In this document: in pieces, positions 13,840-26,896 of the stretch
Layout of the letters: each line of letters starts with the position of its first letter
Position numbering within the stretch: position 1 is the stretch's first letter
The notes under the pieces: model-generated
What the model saw: the letters and a program-made list of their open reading frames with translations, nothing else
What the model was told of the DNA's origin: nothing
The model's database searches: none
Position numbers and translations under genes: made by a program
From: the human T2T-CHM13v2.0 reference genome, Homo sapiens
Strand: one strand, 5' to 3'
Length of the DNA stretch: 64,000 nucleotides
NCBI RefSeq assembly: GCF_009914755.1
Contig: NC_060926.1

Positions 13840-14290
13840 TTCTGTTGTTTTGAGCACCACTGCACTCAGATACATTTCTCAACCTTCTTCTCTGCTCTAT
13901 GATTCAGGGCAGCTGGCCCTTGCTGACCGCATACCCAGCAAGAGGTGAACTTCTGTCTGGGCTTGACCAATGGAAGTCACTGGAATAAGATTATGACAAA
14001 GAGAAAAAGAAAAGCTATGGCATTTCTCTCCCTTCCTGAAATGTTTCAGGTGGCATTTCTTCTTTGCTCTTGTCTCTTGTTTATAGGCCCTCTGAGGTTC
14101 CTACCAACCTACCGTTTGATAACTCCAGCCCTTGGGCTCAATATCCCTTCCCCTTCTCATTGCCTCTTGAAGTGGTAAGGGCTTCTTGCCATGGTAAACC
14201 TGTAAGCTCCTTCACTGTCCCTTGCTCAGCTTCTCAGGATCTCCTGTGCCCCTTTGGTTCTCTGTTTCCTTATTGGCCCCTATTGATACA
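13840..14290 (+). mobile_element. ERVL solo LTR (LTR33-like)
   Basis: ttctctgctctatg...ggcttgaccaatggaagtcactggaataagatt...tctgtttccttattggcccctattgataca end. Confidence 0.6.
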
Positions 14291-14999
14291 TTGGAACAGA
14301 TATATATATATGATCTGCTCAGCACAGTGAACTTGGAATGTGGGTTATTTGGCTTATGGCAGTCTCAGAAATTTCTCTGCCAGAACTCCCTGCAGGATGT
14401 AGCTTCTCCACCTCCCTTCTGATGGCTGCTAAGGTGTCCCATGAGCTTCCACACTCAAAAGCCTGCCTCACCAGAGAGACAATATCTACTGAGGTTAACT
14501 CTCAAGGAACTCTCATTTTGTGGGTTCTTTTCAAAATTATTCTTTGCCCAAAATTGTTAGATATGCTACTTGTTCATCAACCCTCTTCAGACCCTTTACC
14601 TAGCCTTTCAAAAGTCAGTTTATTCAGCAATGAGTATGGTATGACTTTACACTGTGAAAACTTTAGAGACAAAGATAAAGCTCTCTGAAGGGGTTCCCCT
14701 GAAGCTCCCCAAATCTGTATGAAGGTGAAGAAAATCACTCCTCTTCTTTTTTAAGGATTGTGGGAGATGCAGGTGCCACAGAATATCAACAACTCTGTAA
14801 AAAACCTAATACTTTCCAGTCTTCTCAGCTTCCTGATCAATCCCTGATCATTCCATACAATGTTACAATCTGTATGGAATGTAACATTGCAGTGGATGAT
14901 GGGTGAGAGCGGAAGAACCAGGTTTTGAACACCTTCTCTATCAGTTATCTAGTATTTTGCTTTGGAATGTGGAAATATTTGGCAACTCTTGTTTTATTT

Positions 15000-15990
15000 C
15001 TTAGTCTTCTAGTTGCAGACAAACATGAAAAACTAGTAATCCCATTCTATCACCCATTCTGTATATTGTGTAATTATTTTTTTAGTAAGTCATATATGAA
15101 CATTATAAAATGGATGCTATTCTAATAGATATACTGAGAAATTTTTGTATCTTTTCATCCTCCTTGGCTACCCTCTACCCCTGTCAAGTAACACCTCCTA
15201 TTGTTTTCTTGTGTGTCTTTCCAGGAATATTCTGTGTATCAAATATATAATGTATTTTTTTAACCAATGGTAGCATATTATAAACATTATTCTAGTCCTT
15301 CTTTCATCTTTGTTGAGTATCATATACCTCAAGAATTCTTCTATATCCATCTACAGACATCTCAGTCTTTGTTGCAGGAACAGCAAAGCCAAACAAAGTT
15401 AATACTCAATTATATACATTTACAATGCCAGTCCTTGATGGATGGACTTCTAAGTTGTTTTTTATCTTTTGCTAATACACACACATACTCCATATGCAAC
15501 CTGTGCATTTGTCATTTTGCATGGGTACGAGTACATCTTTACAACATAGTCACAGAAATCCAGGTTCTGTGTACTTCAATGTGCATTTGAAATGTTGATG
15601 TTAAATGTTAATGTGCACTTTAAATGTTGATGAAGGTTGCCAAAATGCCATCACAGAGAATTGGAGTTTTACACTTTTTCTAAGAAAGTAAGAGAATTAC
15701 TGTTTCTCTATCAAACAATGCAGTGTATTATAAACATATTTGAACTTTATCACTCTAAATAAACAGTTATCCTGTTGTAATTTAAATGTGAACACTTCTT
15801 TGAGTGACATTGTGCCCCTTTTCAGCCACTTCAAGACATTTGCTTTTCATTGTTTGAGCTGTTTGCTCACATTCTTTGCCATTTTTCTGTGTCTCATTAA
15901 ACTGTTGTATTAATTTATAAAGTTGATTTATTTATTGAAGACATAATCTAGTTATCTCTACTATGTATTGTAAAGATTTATCCCAACATT
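15000..15990 (-). mobile_element. Old L1ME 3' region
   Basis: gatggatggacttctaagttgttttttatcttttgcta...gttgccaaaatgcc, diverged antisense L1 3' UTR/ORF2 end. Confidence 0.55.
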
Positions 15991-15999
15991 AAAAAAAAT

Positions 16000-16818
16000 G
16001 TTATTCAGGGGTCCAAGTGCTGGATCATTACATAGGTAAACTTGTGTCATGGAGGTTTGTTGTACAGATCATTTTATTACCCAGGTATTAAGTCTATACC
16101 TTTATTTTTCCTAATCCTCTCCCTCCTCCTACTCTCCCCTCTCCAAAGGCTCCAGTGTGTGTTGTTCCCCACCACATGTCCATGTGTTCTCATCATTTAG
16201 CTCCCAACTATAAGCGAAAACATGTGGTATTTGGTTTTCTATTTTTGTGTTAGTTTGATAAGGGTAATGGCCTCCAGTTCCATCCACGTCCCTGCAAAGG
16301 ACATGATCTCATTCTTTTTTATGGCTGCATAGTATCCATGGTGTATATGTAGCACATTTTCTTTATCCAGCATGTCATTGATGGACATTTAAGTTGATTC
16401 CGTGTCTTTGCTATTGTGAATAATGCTGCAATAAACATATTTGTGCATATGTATTTTTAATAAAAAATTATATTTATTTGGGTAGATATCCAGTAATTGG
16501 ATTACTGGGTCAAATGGTATTTTTGTATTTAGATCTTTGCAGAATTGCCATACTGTCTTCCACAATGGCTGAAATAATTCACACTCCCACCAGAAGTGTA
16601 TAAGCATTTCCTTTTCTCCACAACGTCAACAGCATGTTATTTTTTGACTTTTTAATAGTAGGCATTATGGCTGGTATGAGGTGGTATCTCATTGTGATTT
16701 TGATTTGCATTTCTCTAATGATCAGTGATGTTAAGTTTTTTCCATGTTTGTTGGCAACATGTATGTCTTCTTTTGACAAGTGTCTGTTCATGTCCTTTGC
16801 CCACTTTTTTATGTGTGT

Positions 16819-16856
<38 letters not shown>

Positions 16857-17078
16857 TAAATTTGAAGTTCCTTACAGATGCTGGATATTAGAGCTTTGTC
16901 AGATGCATAGTTTGCAAAAAAAAATAAATTACTCTCTCGATAGTTTCTTCTGCTGTGCAGAAGATCTTTAGTTTAATTTGGTTCCATTTGTCAATTTTTG
17001 CTTTTGTTGCAATTACTTTTGGCACCTTCATCATGAAGTCTTTGCCTGTGCCTATATCCTAAGTGGTATTACCTAGGG
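16000..17078 (-). mobile_element. 5'-truncated L1PA (older, L1PA13-16-like)
   Basis: 3' UTR ttacataggtaaacttgtgtcatggaggtttgttgtacagat; frameshifted ORF2 C-terminal peptides at 16389-16791 ([21 protein letters not shown]). Confidence 0.9.
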
Positions 17079-17329
17079 TAATGAAGAAATAAGAAATTAT
17101 TCTTATTTCTAAAAATTGTTTGTGTTATAATACTGGAAGCAAAATGGTATATTAAAAAATACACTGAACAATTCTTTATCCTCACCATCAGCTAAAACAA
17201 TAATTGCAGATGAATGCAGTTGAAGCTTTATAAAACTGTCTTCCTCTTTCTTTATTACATATTTATGATATTTAAATTCTTTGTAATAAATATATTGTAT
17301 CACTTTGTTATTTAAAATATTTCTCACAA

Positions 17330-20245
17330 AGAGCTATACTTATTCTTCTGGTACTTACTATTTTCTCTCAACATTACATCTTATACAATACATTCGTGTT
17401 AATATGTATGGGTTTAGTTTATTTGTTTTACTTATACTGTATCATATTTCATTTAAAATATTTATTGCTACAAAATTATCCATTGTATAAACATATGTGT
17501 TTAATTTTTCACTCAGTTATTGATAAGCCTATCAGTTATTGACTTTCTAAAAGTCAACAGTGCTGTTACAAAGATTCTTCTATGCATCTCCTAGGGTATG
17601 TGAATGATAGACGAGCAAAATTGATATCATCTGAGAATAGGTGCACAATTTCAGGCTGTCACTTCTGCAAAATCAGAATTTTAATTATAAAAAACAAGAT
17701 AATTCCTCTGCACAGTGTAAGAAGCATGGTAGTAGGTACACATGGAAAAGAAAAATTGCTGGGCTTTAAGGTTTGCATACCATTAACTTTACTAAGTTTC
17801 CCAAATTGTTCCTAAGAGTAGTATCACAATCTCATTTACCAGCATATGAGTTTTCTTTTCTTCATTTTTCATCCAGGAGTTGATACTGTCTGATACACAC
17901 ATTTGCATTCTGAATGGTATAACATGGAATGTTAAATGAAGGTTAGAATTTTTGTATTTCTCTTCTTATTGGTGAGTTTGAACATTTAAAAAACATTTTT
18001 AATGGACATTCTGACAAATTTTTTTATGGACATTCTGACACATTTTTAACAGTTTCGTACAGGTATAATTTAAATATAAAATTTATCCATTGTAAAGGTA
18101 AAATTGAATATTTTTAATATGCTCATAGAATGTTACATTCATCATAACAATCCAGTTTTAGAAAGCGTTCATTATCTAATGAATTTTCTTCATGACCATT
18201 TGCAGTAAACTCAGTCCCCACTCCCAGTTCTACGCAACTATTGTTCTGTATTTTTGTCTTTATAAATTTGCCTTTTATGCACATTTAACATCAAGGACTC
18301 ATAAAATAAGTTGCTTTTTGTGTTTAACTGGTTTCATTAATGATATTTGTATAAGATATACTTATCTACATTGTAGCATATATTAGTAGTTGGTTCCTTT
18401 TTATTAATGAAAGTATACCATTGTATGAATACAATGGGAGTTTGTTTTTCTCTTTACAAACCGACAGCTATTCTAACAGTTTCTAGATTTTGACTATCAG
18501 GAACAATGCTGCTGTAATATCTGTGTGCATGCCTTTTTGTGGACATATATTTTTTATCCTTAGATAGATTCCTAAGAGTTAAATTACTGAGCCATATGAA
18601 AAATTTATGTGTAGCATTTTAAGAGACTGCCACATTTTTTTAAATGTAGATTTACCATTTTATATTCCTGTCAACAGTGAATGAAGGTTCCAGTTTCTCT
18701 ACATCTTTAATAATATCTTATATTATTTCTTTCTTTGATTATAGTAATTATAGTTAGTATATAGTGATAACTCATTGCAGTTTTAAGTTAACCTTCCTCT
18801 AATGTTGATTTGGAATATCATTCCATGTGCTCATTAGCCATCTGAATATCTACATCACTGAGACAAATGTTCAAATATTGTGTTTACTGTGTAATTTGGT
18901 TGTTTTCTTGTTAATAAATTGTAACTATATATAGGGTATATATATGAAAATATACACTTCGAATATAAGTAATACATATGTGTGTATGTAACTCTATATA
19001 TACAACACATATACACTCTGGATAAAAGTCATATATATGTGTACGTAAATATATATGTATGTATACACATATAACTGTATATATACAGAGACATACATAT
19101 ATATGTACTCTAGATACAAGTTATATATATAATTTTTAAATGTTTTCCTCAAGTTTGGGGGACTGTGGCTTGTTTTTACATTTTCTATTGGTGTCCTTTG
19201 AAACATAAATGTTTTTTATTATTATGTAACTGGGTCAATTATTATTTTATCTTTTATGAATCATGCTCTTGGTATTTTATCTAAGAACACTGTCAAACCC
19301 AATGTTGTAAACTTTTATATATGTTCTTCCTAGAAATTTTGTAGTTTTTGCTCTTGCATTTGGTCTAAAACATCATCAAGCAAACCAATAAACAAATTAG
19401 GGGAATCCTAGAAGAAAAACAGAAAAAGGTAGAAAGATTACTTAAAAAATAATTACTGGAAAATCTGAAATCTGGAAAGAAAAATAAAGATTCCTATTTA
19501 TGCAGCCTAAAGGATCCCAAATTGAGTTAATCTGAAAAGGCCTATAATAAAGCACAATAATTTAATTATTAAAAGTCAAAGATGAAAAAATAAAAATAAC
19601 TTTTCACATATAAAAAACATTCATAAGACTATCAGTGTATTTCACAGTAGAAACTTTGCAGGCCAGGAGAGGAGAATGATATATTCAAAGTGCTTAAAGA
19701 AAACAAACAAAACAAAACTGCCAACCAAGAATACCATGTCTGGCAAAACTGTCCTTTAAAATGAAGGAGAGATAAAGACTTTCCAGAAAAACAAAAACTG
19801 AGAAAGATAATTTATTGCCAGTAGACTTGACTCATAAGCAATGCTAAATGGACTTCATCTATGATCAATGTTGAATTAACTTTTGCTTTGGTATCAGAAT
19901 TAATACTTGCCTCATAGTTTTAGAAAATGTCCTGTATCTTTTGTTAACTGAAGGTGTGAAGACTGTCATTACATTATCTTTAAATATTTGGGCTTTTATT
20001 TGGATAAATATTTACAATTATTAATTCATTCTGTTTGTTTTATCTTTACTCTTGTTCAGTTTTGGTAATTTTCAACTTTATAAAATTTTAAACTAATTTC
20101 CTGGCATTTTATTCATAATCTGGAGGGTTGGTAATTATGCCCCTGTTTTCAATTTTAATTTCTCAAGTAACTAGCATCTTTTTAAAAATCTTATTCAGTC
20201 TGTATCAGGCATTGCATTTTTTTATTTTTTTCTGTAAAGAACTCA
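17330..20245 (-). mobile_element. Old L1M (L1MB/L1ME) fragments
   Basis: Antisense L1 3' UTR/ORF2-like stretches, e.g. aacaatgctgctgtaatatctgtgtgcatg, ttcttcctagaaattttgtagttttt. Confidence 0.6.
19368..19857 (+). mobile_element. L1 ORF1 fragment (L1MA/L1PB-type) nested in opposite-strand L1
   Basis: ataagactatcagtgtatttcacagtagaaactttgcaggccaggaga...gaaggagagataaagactttccaga, ORF1 C-terminal region. Confidence 0.8.
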
Positions 20246-20249
20246 AAGT

Positions 20250-21310
20250 ATTTGGAGGAGTGATGTCAGCAATATGGCAGAATAGAAAATCCCCTGGCAT
20301 CATTCTCCTAACAAAAATACAACTAAAAACTATTCAAAGACCAGAATCTAGCCTTATTTTACCAGAACTTACCAGAACTCAGGAGAGAAGCCCCTGGGAC
20401 CAAAGGATCAAGAGCAGTTGCCAGATAGAGAAATTGTCATCAAGACTGCATTACTACTCCCCCAAGCTGGCATAATAACACTCACAGATAATTTTCCTAG
20501 ACCCATGATTGCTGAGGGGAGAAGAGAGAATTAAAGGTAGATGTTCAATCTTCCCACCAATCTGGGAATTTTCATGGGAATTCCACTCTGATTCTCTCAC
20601 AGGAACCACTGGGAGTGGTAGGAGGGCTAAGCCATTCAAAGTGAACTTGGGACCAAGAGACAGGTGCTAACCACAGCAACGGACCTGTGGTTTGTGGCTG
20701 TTGCTCTGTAGCTCCAATTAGTGGAGATGCAGCATTGAAGAGACTGGCCAGTGCCACAGTGCTGCAAAGGGCACAATCCATGGGAGGGCCTGAATGTGTA
20801 CCTGGATTTTTCACAAAGCCCAGGTGCTCCTGTGGAGCCTCCCCCTAACACTGAAACACCTGAAATGTAAGGATTAATTCCCCATGCTCACTTAAGTGTT
20901 TCCCAAACTGAGAAAAAACGGCAAGGCAGCAATATAGTTCTGGGGAAAATTTTAAGTTCCAGCGATCACTACAAGTCTTCCCCAGAACAGGAAGCAACAA
21001 CAAAGCAGTAATTTAGTTCTGGAGCAGTGTTTATATTTTAAGTGCTCATTATAATTCTTCCCCCAGGTCAGGAAATAATAGAAGGACAAGTTAGTTCCAG
21101 TTCAATGTTTTAGTTTTTGTGGCTCACTTTTATTGTTCCCTAGAATGGGACAAAACAGGCCATTGTTTAAGTTAGATTAAGTCCCATGGTAACCGCAAAA
21201 CAAAAAGTTATAATAGATATGCTAAAAATAAATAGCACAGAATCAAACAGACAACTAGAGAAAACTTAATCACAAAGAGAAAGAGTAAGAATAAAAGAAA
21301 GAAAGGTACA
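20250..21310 (+). mobile_element. L1M 5' UTR followed by inter-ORF fragment
   Basis: Starts ggagtgatgtcagcaatatggcagaatag (degenerate L1 5' YY1 motif); 21170-21310 resembles inter-ORF region (catggtaaccgcaaaacaaaaa). Confidence 0.6.
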
Positions 21311-21361
21311 TATGAGGTCTCCAGTTCCCTACCCCCATTCCCCTTAGGATTGTATTGGTTA

Positions 21362-21363
<2 letters not shown>

Positions 21364-21403
<40 letters not shown>
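21364..21403. repeat. (TG)20 microsatellite
   Basis: Seen directly. Confidence 0.98.
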
Positions 21404-21404
<1 letters not shown>

Positions 21405-22738
21405 TTCTATACAAATTTTAGGATTAAAAAATATGTAAAGTATGTCATTGGTATTTTGATAGGGATTGCATGGAATCTTTAGATCATTTTGTTAGTATAG
21501 ACATTTTAACAATATTAATTTTTCTGACCCATAAGCATTTTTTCCATTCTTTTGTAATCACTTCAATTGCTTTCATCAGTGTTTTATAGTTTTCATTGTA
21601 GAGAACTTTCACTTCTTTAGTTGAATTTATTCCTGTCTTTTATTTATTTATTTTCATTAGCTATTATAAATAAGATTGCTTTCTTGATTTCTTTTGCAGA
21701 TTGATCACTGTTAGCATACAGACACACTACTCTTTTTTGTATGTTGATTTTGTATCCTGCAATTTTACTGAATTCATTTATCAGTTCTAACAGTTTTTGG
21801 GTAGCCTTTAAGTTTTTCTAAATATAAGATCATGTTATCTGCCAACAAAGGTAATTTGATTTTTTCCTTTCAAATTTGGAAGCCCTTATCTTACTTCTCT
21901 TGCCTAATTGTTCTGGCTAGGACTTCTTGATATTTCTTTTTGTAGTTGATATGCAATTTCAGTCTGTTGTGGTCAGAAAGCACAATTTGTATGACTTCAA
22001 TATTTTTAACTTTATTATTTTGTGTGTGGTCTAATGTGTGATTTGCACTAGAAAGTGTTCCAAGTATGATTGAAAATAATATTCTGCATTAATTGGGATG
22101 AGCATTCCATATATGTTATGTCATGTTTGTTGTGTTTTTCAAGGCTATAGTCTTATTTTTCTGTCTCACTCTATTATTAATAATAATGTACTGAAATCCT
22201 CAATTATTACTCCTGAATTGTCTCTTTCTTCTTTCAGTCATTTCCATTATTGTTTCATATATTTTGGGTCTGCTCTGTTATAAGGCCATTTATGCTTGCT
22301 ATGTCTTCCTTATATATTGCTTTTTTTTTTTTAGGAAAGTTCCCTCTTTGCCTTCTTTTTTTTTAAGTCTATTTTATCTCACATTAATCTAACTCCTTTA
22401 TTTCTGTTATGATTTATGTTTCTATAGTATATATTGTTTTATACTTTTAAAGTAAAAACTTGTTTGTTTATTTGAACCTACCTTTTTTGCTTCTAGGCAA
22501 TATATAATTAAATGTTGCTTCACCCAGTCAAATATCACCTAATGTTTGATTGGTTCTTGGTTAACTTTCCTTTGGATTTACATTTCATATTTTGCTATGT
22601 GTTTTGTATATATCTTCTGTATTTATTGTTCCTACATTTTTCTACTTTATTGCTTCCTTTCTGATATATATATATATGTATCAGATATATATATATGTAT
22701 CAGATATATATATATGTATCAGATATATATATATATAT

Positions 22739-22817
<79 letters not shown>

Positions 22818-23560
22818 ACTTCATTTGTTGAAAAATTTTACTGGTTTTTGAGTTATTTTAAGTCTAATGTAATTCCATTAAAATATAAAATAAAACCTTT
22901 ACTACCTACCCTGTTTTTCTACCTCCTCTTTATAAATATATATAATAGATACATAGAGATATATTATATTATGATATTCAAATATGTTTCCTATCATATA
23001 TATCATGACCTAAAAACCATTATTTAAAAATACTGTTATAATTATTGCTTTATACAATTTTATGTATTTTAAAGATATTAAAAGAAGAAATGAGAAAATA
23101 GATTTATGTAATTTTTCACATAATCACACATATATAACATTTTTTGTGATTTTTTAACATTTGAGTTACCATGTGGTGCTATTTTTTATCTGTGCGAATA
23201 ACTTTATTATTTCTTATAAGTCAGTTTTGCTAGCAATATATGCTGTTGGTTTTTATTCGTTTAAGTATGTCTTGGTCTCACTTTAGTTTTTTGAAGAATA
23301 GTTTTGTCAATCAAGTAAAATTCTTAATTGACAGCTAACACCCCATGCATCAAAACTCTGCATATGTCATTCCACTGCTTTGCATCTTCCATTGTTACAG
23401 ATGAGAAGTAAGCTGTTAATTGTCTTGGAACTTTCCTGTATATGATGAGTATTTTTTCTCTTGCTGCTTTTAAGACTTCTGTTTTTCACACTTTTACTTG
23501 TATATATATGTGAATGATTTTGTATTTATAATATGTCTTATTGAGCTTTGTGGTGATCAA
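21404..23560 (-). mobile_element. L1M ORF2/inter-ORF fragments
   Basis: ggtattttgatagggattgcatggaatct...gttgattttgtatcctgcaattttactgaattc...aagatcatgttatctgccaacaaag (antisense RT region). Confidence 0.8.
22663..22815. repeat. Compound (TA)n/(CA)n repeat with ~19-bp higher-order unit tcagatatatatatatgta
   Basis: Seen directly. Confidence 0.95.
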
Positions 23561-24155
23561 GAAGAACTAACGCAATATGCTAATGTTTATGTTGTCTCCG
23601 ATGTAGGAGAATGATATCTTCTGCCAGTACTTGGGAAACTGTGGCAGTTCAATTTATTAGCTTGTAGGAAGTATAAAGTATTATAAATTTTCAATTTACC
23701 AACAGCATTTTATTTATGTAATCTGTGTATGTTTTCTGAGTTCATCTGTCATATACTGAAAAATAGACCAATATTTACTAATTCTACTGGAACTCTGTGT
23801 CCCTTTTTGTTTCTCTACTTTTAGTTGGTGGATTTGGATGATATACTATTTGATACAGAGACATTTATAACCCATTAATTAGTCATTATAAATTAAACAC
23901 ATTTTTATTCTTTAATGTTTTCTTTTTGCCCTAAATTCAATCAAATGTTATACTAATGAATATTTTTGCTTTATTATGTATATTATTAGCAAGGCTTTGC
24001 TCTTTCCTTTATTATAAACATTTAAAAGAAAATCAAAGAAAAAAAAAGAAAACACCCCCAAAAAACAAGTAAAAAATATTCTTTCTATAGTTTATCTTAT
24101 ATACAATGTGTAACTGTGTTTTACTTTGTGGACCAATCCAGTCACTCTATTAACT

Positions 24156-24690
24156 CAAGGGTCAAAAAACTATAGCCTCCAAATCAAATATGCTCACACC
24201 CTTTCATTTATGTATTGCTATGGCTTCCTTTATATTAAGATGGAAGACTTGAATATATGCAAGTGAGACCATATGATCTTCAACTTTTAAAATATTTACT
24301 CTTGCCCAGGCACAGTTGCTCACGTCTGTAATCCCAGCACTTTGGGAGACCAAGGCAGTTGGATCACTTGAGGTCCAGAGTTCAAGACCAGCCTGGCCAA
24401 CATGGTGAAACCCCGTCTCTACTAAAAATACAAAAATTAGCCAGGCATGGTGGCCCATGCCTGTAGTCCCAAATACTTGGGAGAATGAGGCTGGAGAATC
24501 AGTTGAACCGAGGAGCCAGAGGTCGCAGTGAGATGAGATTGTGCCATTGCACCCTAGGCTGGGCGACAGCGAGAACTCCATCTCAAAAACAAACAAACTC
24601 AAAAACAAACAAAATCAAAAACAAACAAACAAACAACAACAAACAAAATTACTCTCTGTTCCTTTACAGAAAAAGATGTATAACCCTCAT
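24156..24690. mobile_element. MER58A-like hAT element interrupted by Alu
   Basis: caagggtcaaaaaactatagcc...aaaatatttactct [Alu] ctgttcctttacagaaaaagatgtataaccct. Confidence 0.7.
24303..24644 (+). mobile_element. Alu (AluS-like) with (AAAC)n tail
   Basis: Full dimer; degenerate TSD aaaatatttactct / aaaattactct. Confidence 0.96.
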
Positions 24691-24843
24691 ATTTAATATT
24701 TTATGTGCCTGTTGGCCTCTGTTATTTTGCTACCTTTATTTCTTATTTTTCTGTATATCTTCTGTTTTCTTTTTCATTTGGGTAAATATATATTTTTCAA
24801 AATGTATGCTTGTAGTTTAAGCTTCTCTAACCATTACTATTTT

Positions 24844-25137
24844 TTTTTTTTTTTTTTGAGACAGAGTCTTGCTCTGTTGCCCAGGCGGTGTGCAGTGGCA
24901 TGATCTCGACTCACTGCAACCTCTGCCTCTGGGTTCAAGCAATTCTCCTGCCTCAGCCTCCTGAGTAGCTGGAATTATAGACATGCACCACCACACCTGG
25001 CTAATTGTTTTCTATTTTTAGAAGAGACAAGGTTTCACCACATTGGCCAGGCTGGTCTCGAACTCCTAACCTTGTGATCCACCTGCCTTGATCCCCCAAA
25101 GTGCTGAGATTACAGGCATGAGCCACCGTGCCTGGCC
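24844..25137 (-). mobile_element. Alu (AluSg/Sc-like)
   Basis: Antisense Alu; TSD ac(c/t)attactatttt at 24830-24843 and 25138-25151, followed by AA (TTTT/AA). Confidence 0.96.
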
Positions 25138-25901
25138 ACTATTACTATTTTAACCACAGCTTTATATAATATACCTACTCCTCTTCTACCTTAGAAAGTA
25201 ACCCTTGATTTTCTTATCTGAGCAAGAAATAGATCAACATACTTTATAATTTTCTACACTTCCCCTTCCTCCTCCTCTCACCTTCACAATGAATTTTAGT
25301 TGATTATTTTTTGTTTTTAGTATTTGACATTTTACCTCACTATCTCTAATCTTTGGTTTATATTTTATAAATTATATTTTGACACCAGTGCTGTTAAAAT
25401 TGAGAAAGCCATTGTACTTTATAATATTCCCAGTATTCCAACTTATTTTCTTTCCTACCTATTATTAGTCATATTATTTCTACCTTAATGTAGTTTATAA
25501 TGTATTCATTTTGTTCTACAATAATAAATCACACAAAAAAGTTTAGACTTAATTATACGTTTCAATCAATTTATTTCTCACAGTGACATTTTGCTGTTAA
25601 TTAGACATGTAGTGTTTCTGTTAAATTATGTTTTATCATTTTTTTTATAAAGGGCTCATGCAAAATATACCTTGCAAATTCTCACATATTCATAAGTATT
25701 CAGTTGTAGCATTGGAGTTGTGGAAGTTTGATTGGCTACAAAATTATTGAATCACTCTGGACAGCAGGACTTTAAAGGCATTATGGAAATATCCTCTAAA
25801 TTTAAATTTTACTGTAGAAGTCTAAAACCCACCTCAAGTTTATATGTTTCTTTGTTTTATTTTACCTATAGTGTGATATTTTATTTTGCCCTATGTCCTT
25901 C

Positions 25902-26270
25902 TATATTAGTTAGCTATGACTGCCATACAAAATACCACAGACTGAGTGTCTTGAACAATAGAAATGTATTTTCTCACAGTTCTGGAGGCTGGAAGTTCAA
26001 GGTTAAGGGTCTGACAGGGTTTGTTTCCACTGAGAGCTCCCTAAATAGGAAGACTTGCAGATGGCCACCCTCTCACCTCCTCTTTACTTGGTCTTTCCTG
26101 TGTGTACACAAATCCCTGATGACTCTTGTGTGTCCAATTTCCTCTTCTTATAAGAACACCAGGCAGACTGGATTGGGACCCACCCTAACAGCCTCATTTT
26201 AACTTAATTACCTTTACAAAGGCTTTATACAGTCAGATTTTGTAGTACTGGGATTTATGACTTCAATACC
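25902..26270 (-). mobile_element. MLT1A-C MaLR LTR
   Basis: tatattagttagctatgactgccatacaaaataccacagactgagt...ttctcacagttctggaggctggaagttcaag; explains ORF 25732-26202. Confidence 0.88.
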
Positions 26271-26896
26271 CCTCAGTGGTTTGTAAGTATCTATTGATTT
26301 TTCAAGTTATGTTAATGATCATTTTTATATTTATTTCTTTAGGAGAATGATGTTACCTTTTAATCCAAAGGTTTAAGTCATCTTTATATCTTGGAAAATT
26401 TTCTGGAGTTATATTTTTGATTAAGTTTTTTTTCAAATTATACTTTTATTTCCAGAGGAAAATAATTATGTAAATATTATATCTCTATTCTCTTTCCTAA
26501 TGGAAATGTATTCTTTTTTAATTCTCCTAATTCATTTTTAATTATTTCTTCCTAATTGTTCTTTTTACTTATTCAATCTCCATTCTATTCCCTATTTCCT
26601 TGTTTTTCATAGTGACTTCTTTTTCTTTATGCTACTTCATAGAATTTCTGTGGTGTTTTATTTTTCTTTCACTTTTTAACTGATATGTTATTTTCTGAAT
26701 TATTTCTTGCTGTTATTTTTGTAAGATATTTCAAAATTTTGAATGCCTCTGATTCTATCTCATTGTATTATTAATTTCTTTGAATTTATTTGTGGTCACC
26801 GTTTTTATCTGCTTTGTGGTGATTTTTTTCCACTGCATATTTCTTCTCTGCAATTCATTTTATTGGTTCTAACTATCTGTTTACTTTTAGTATTTT

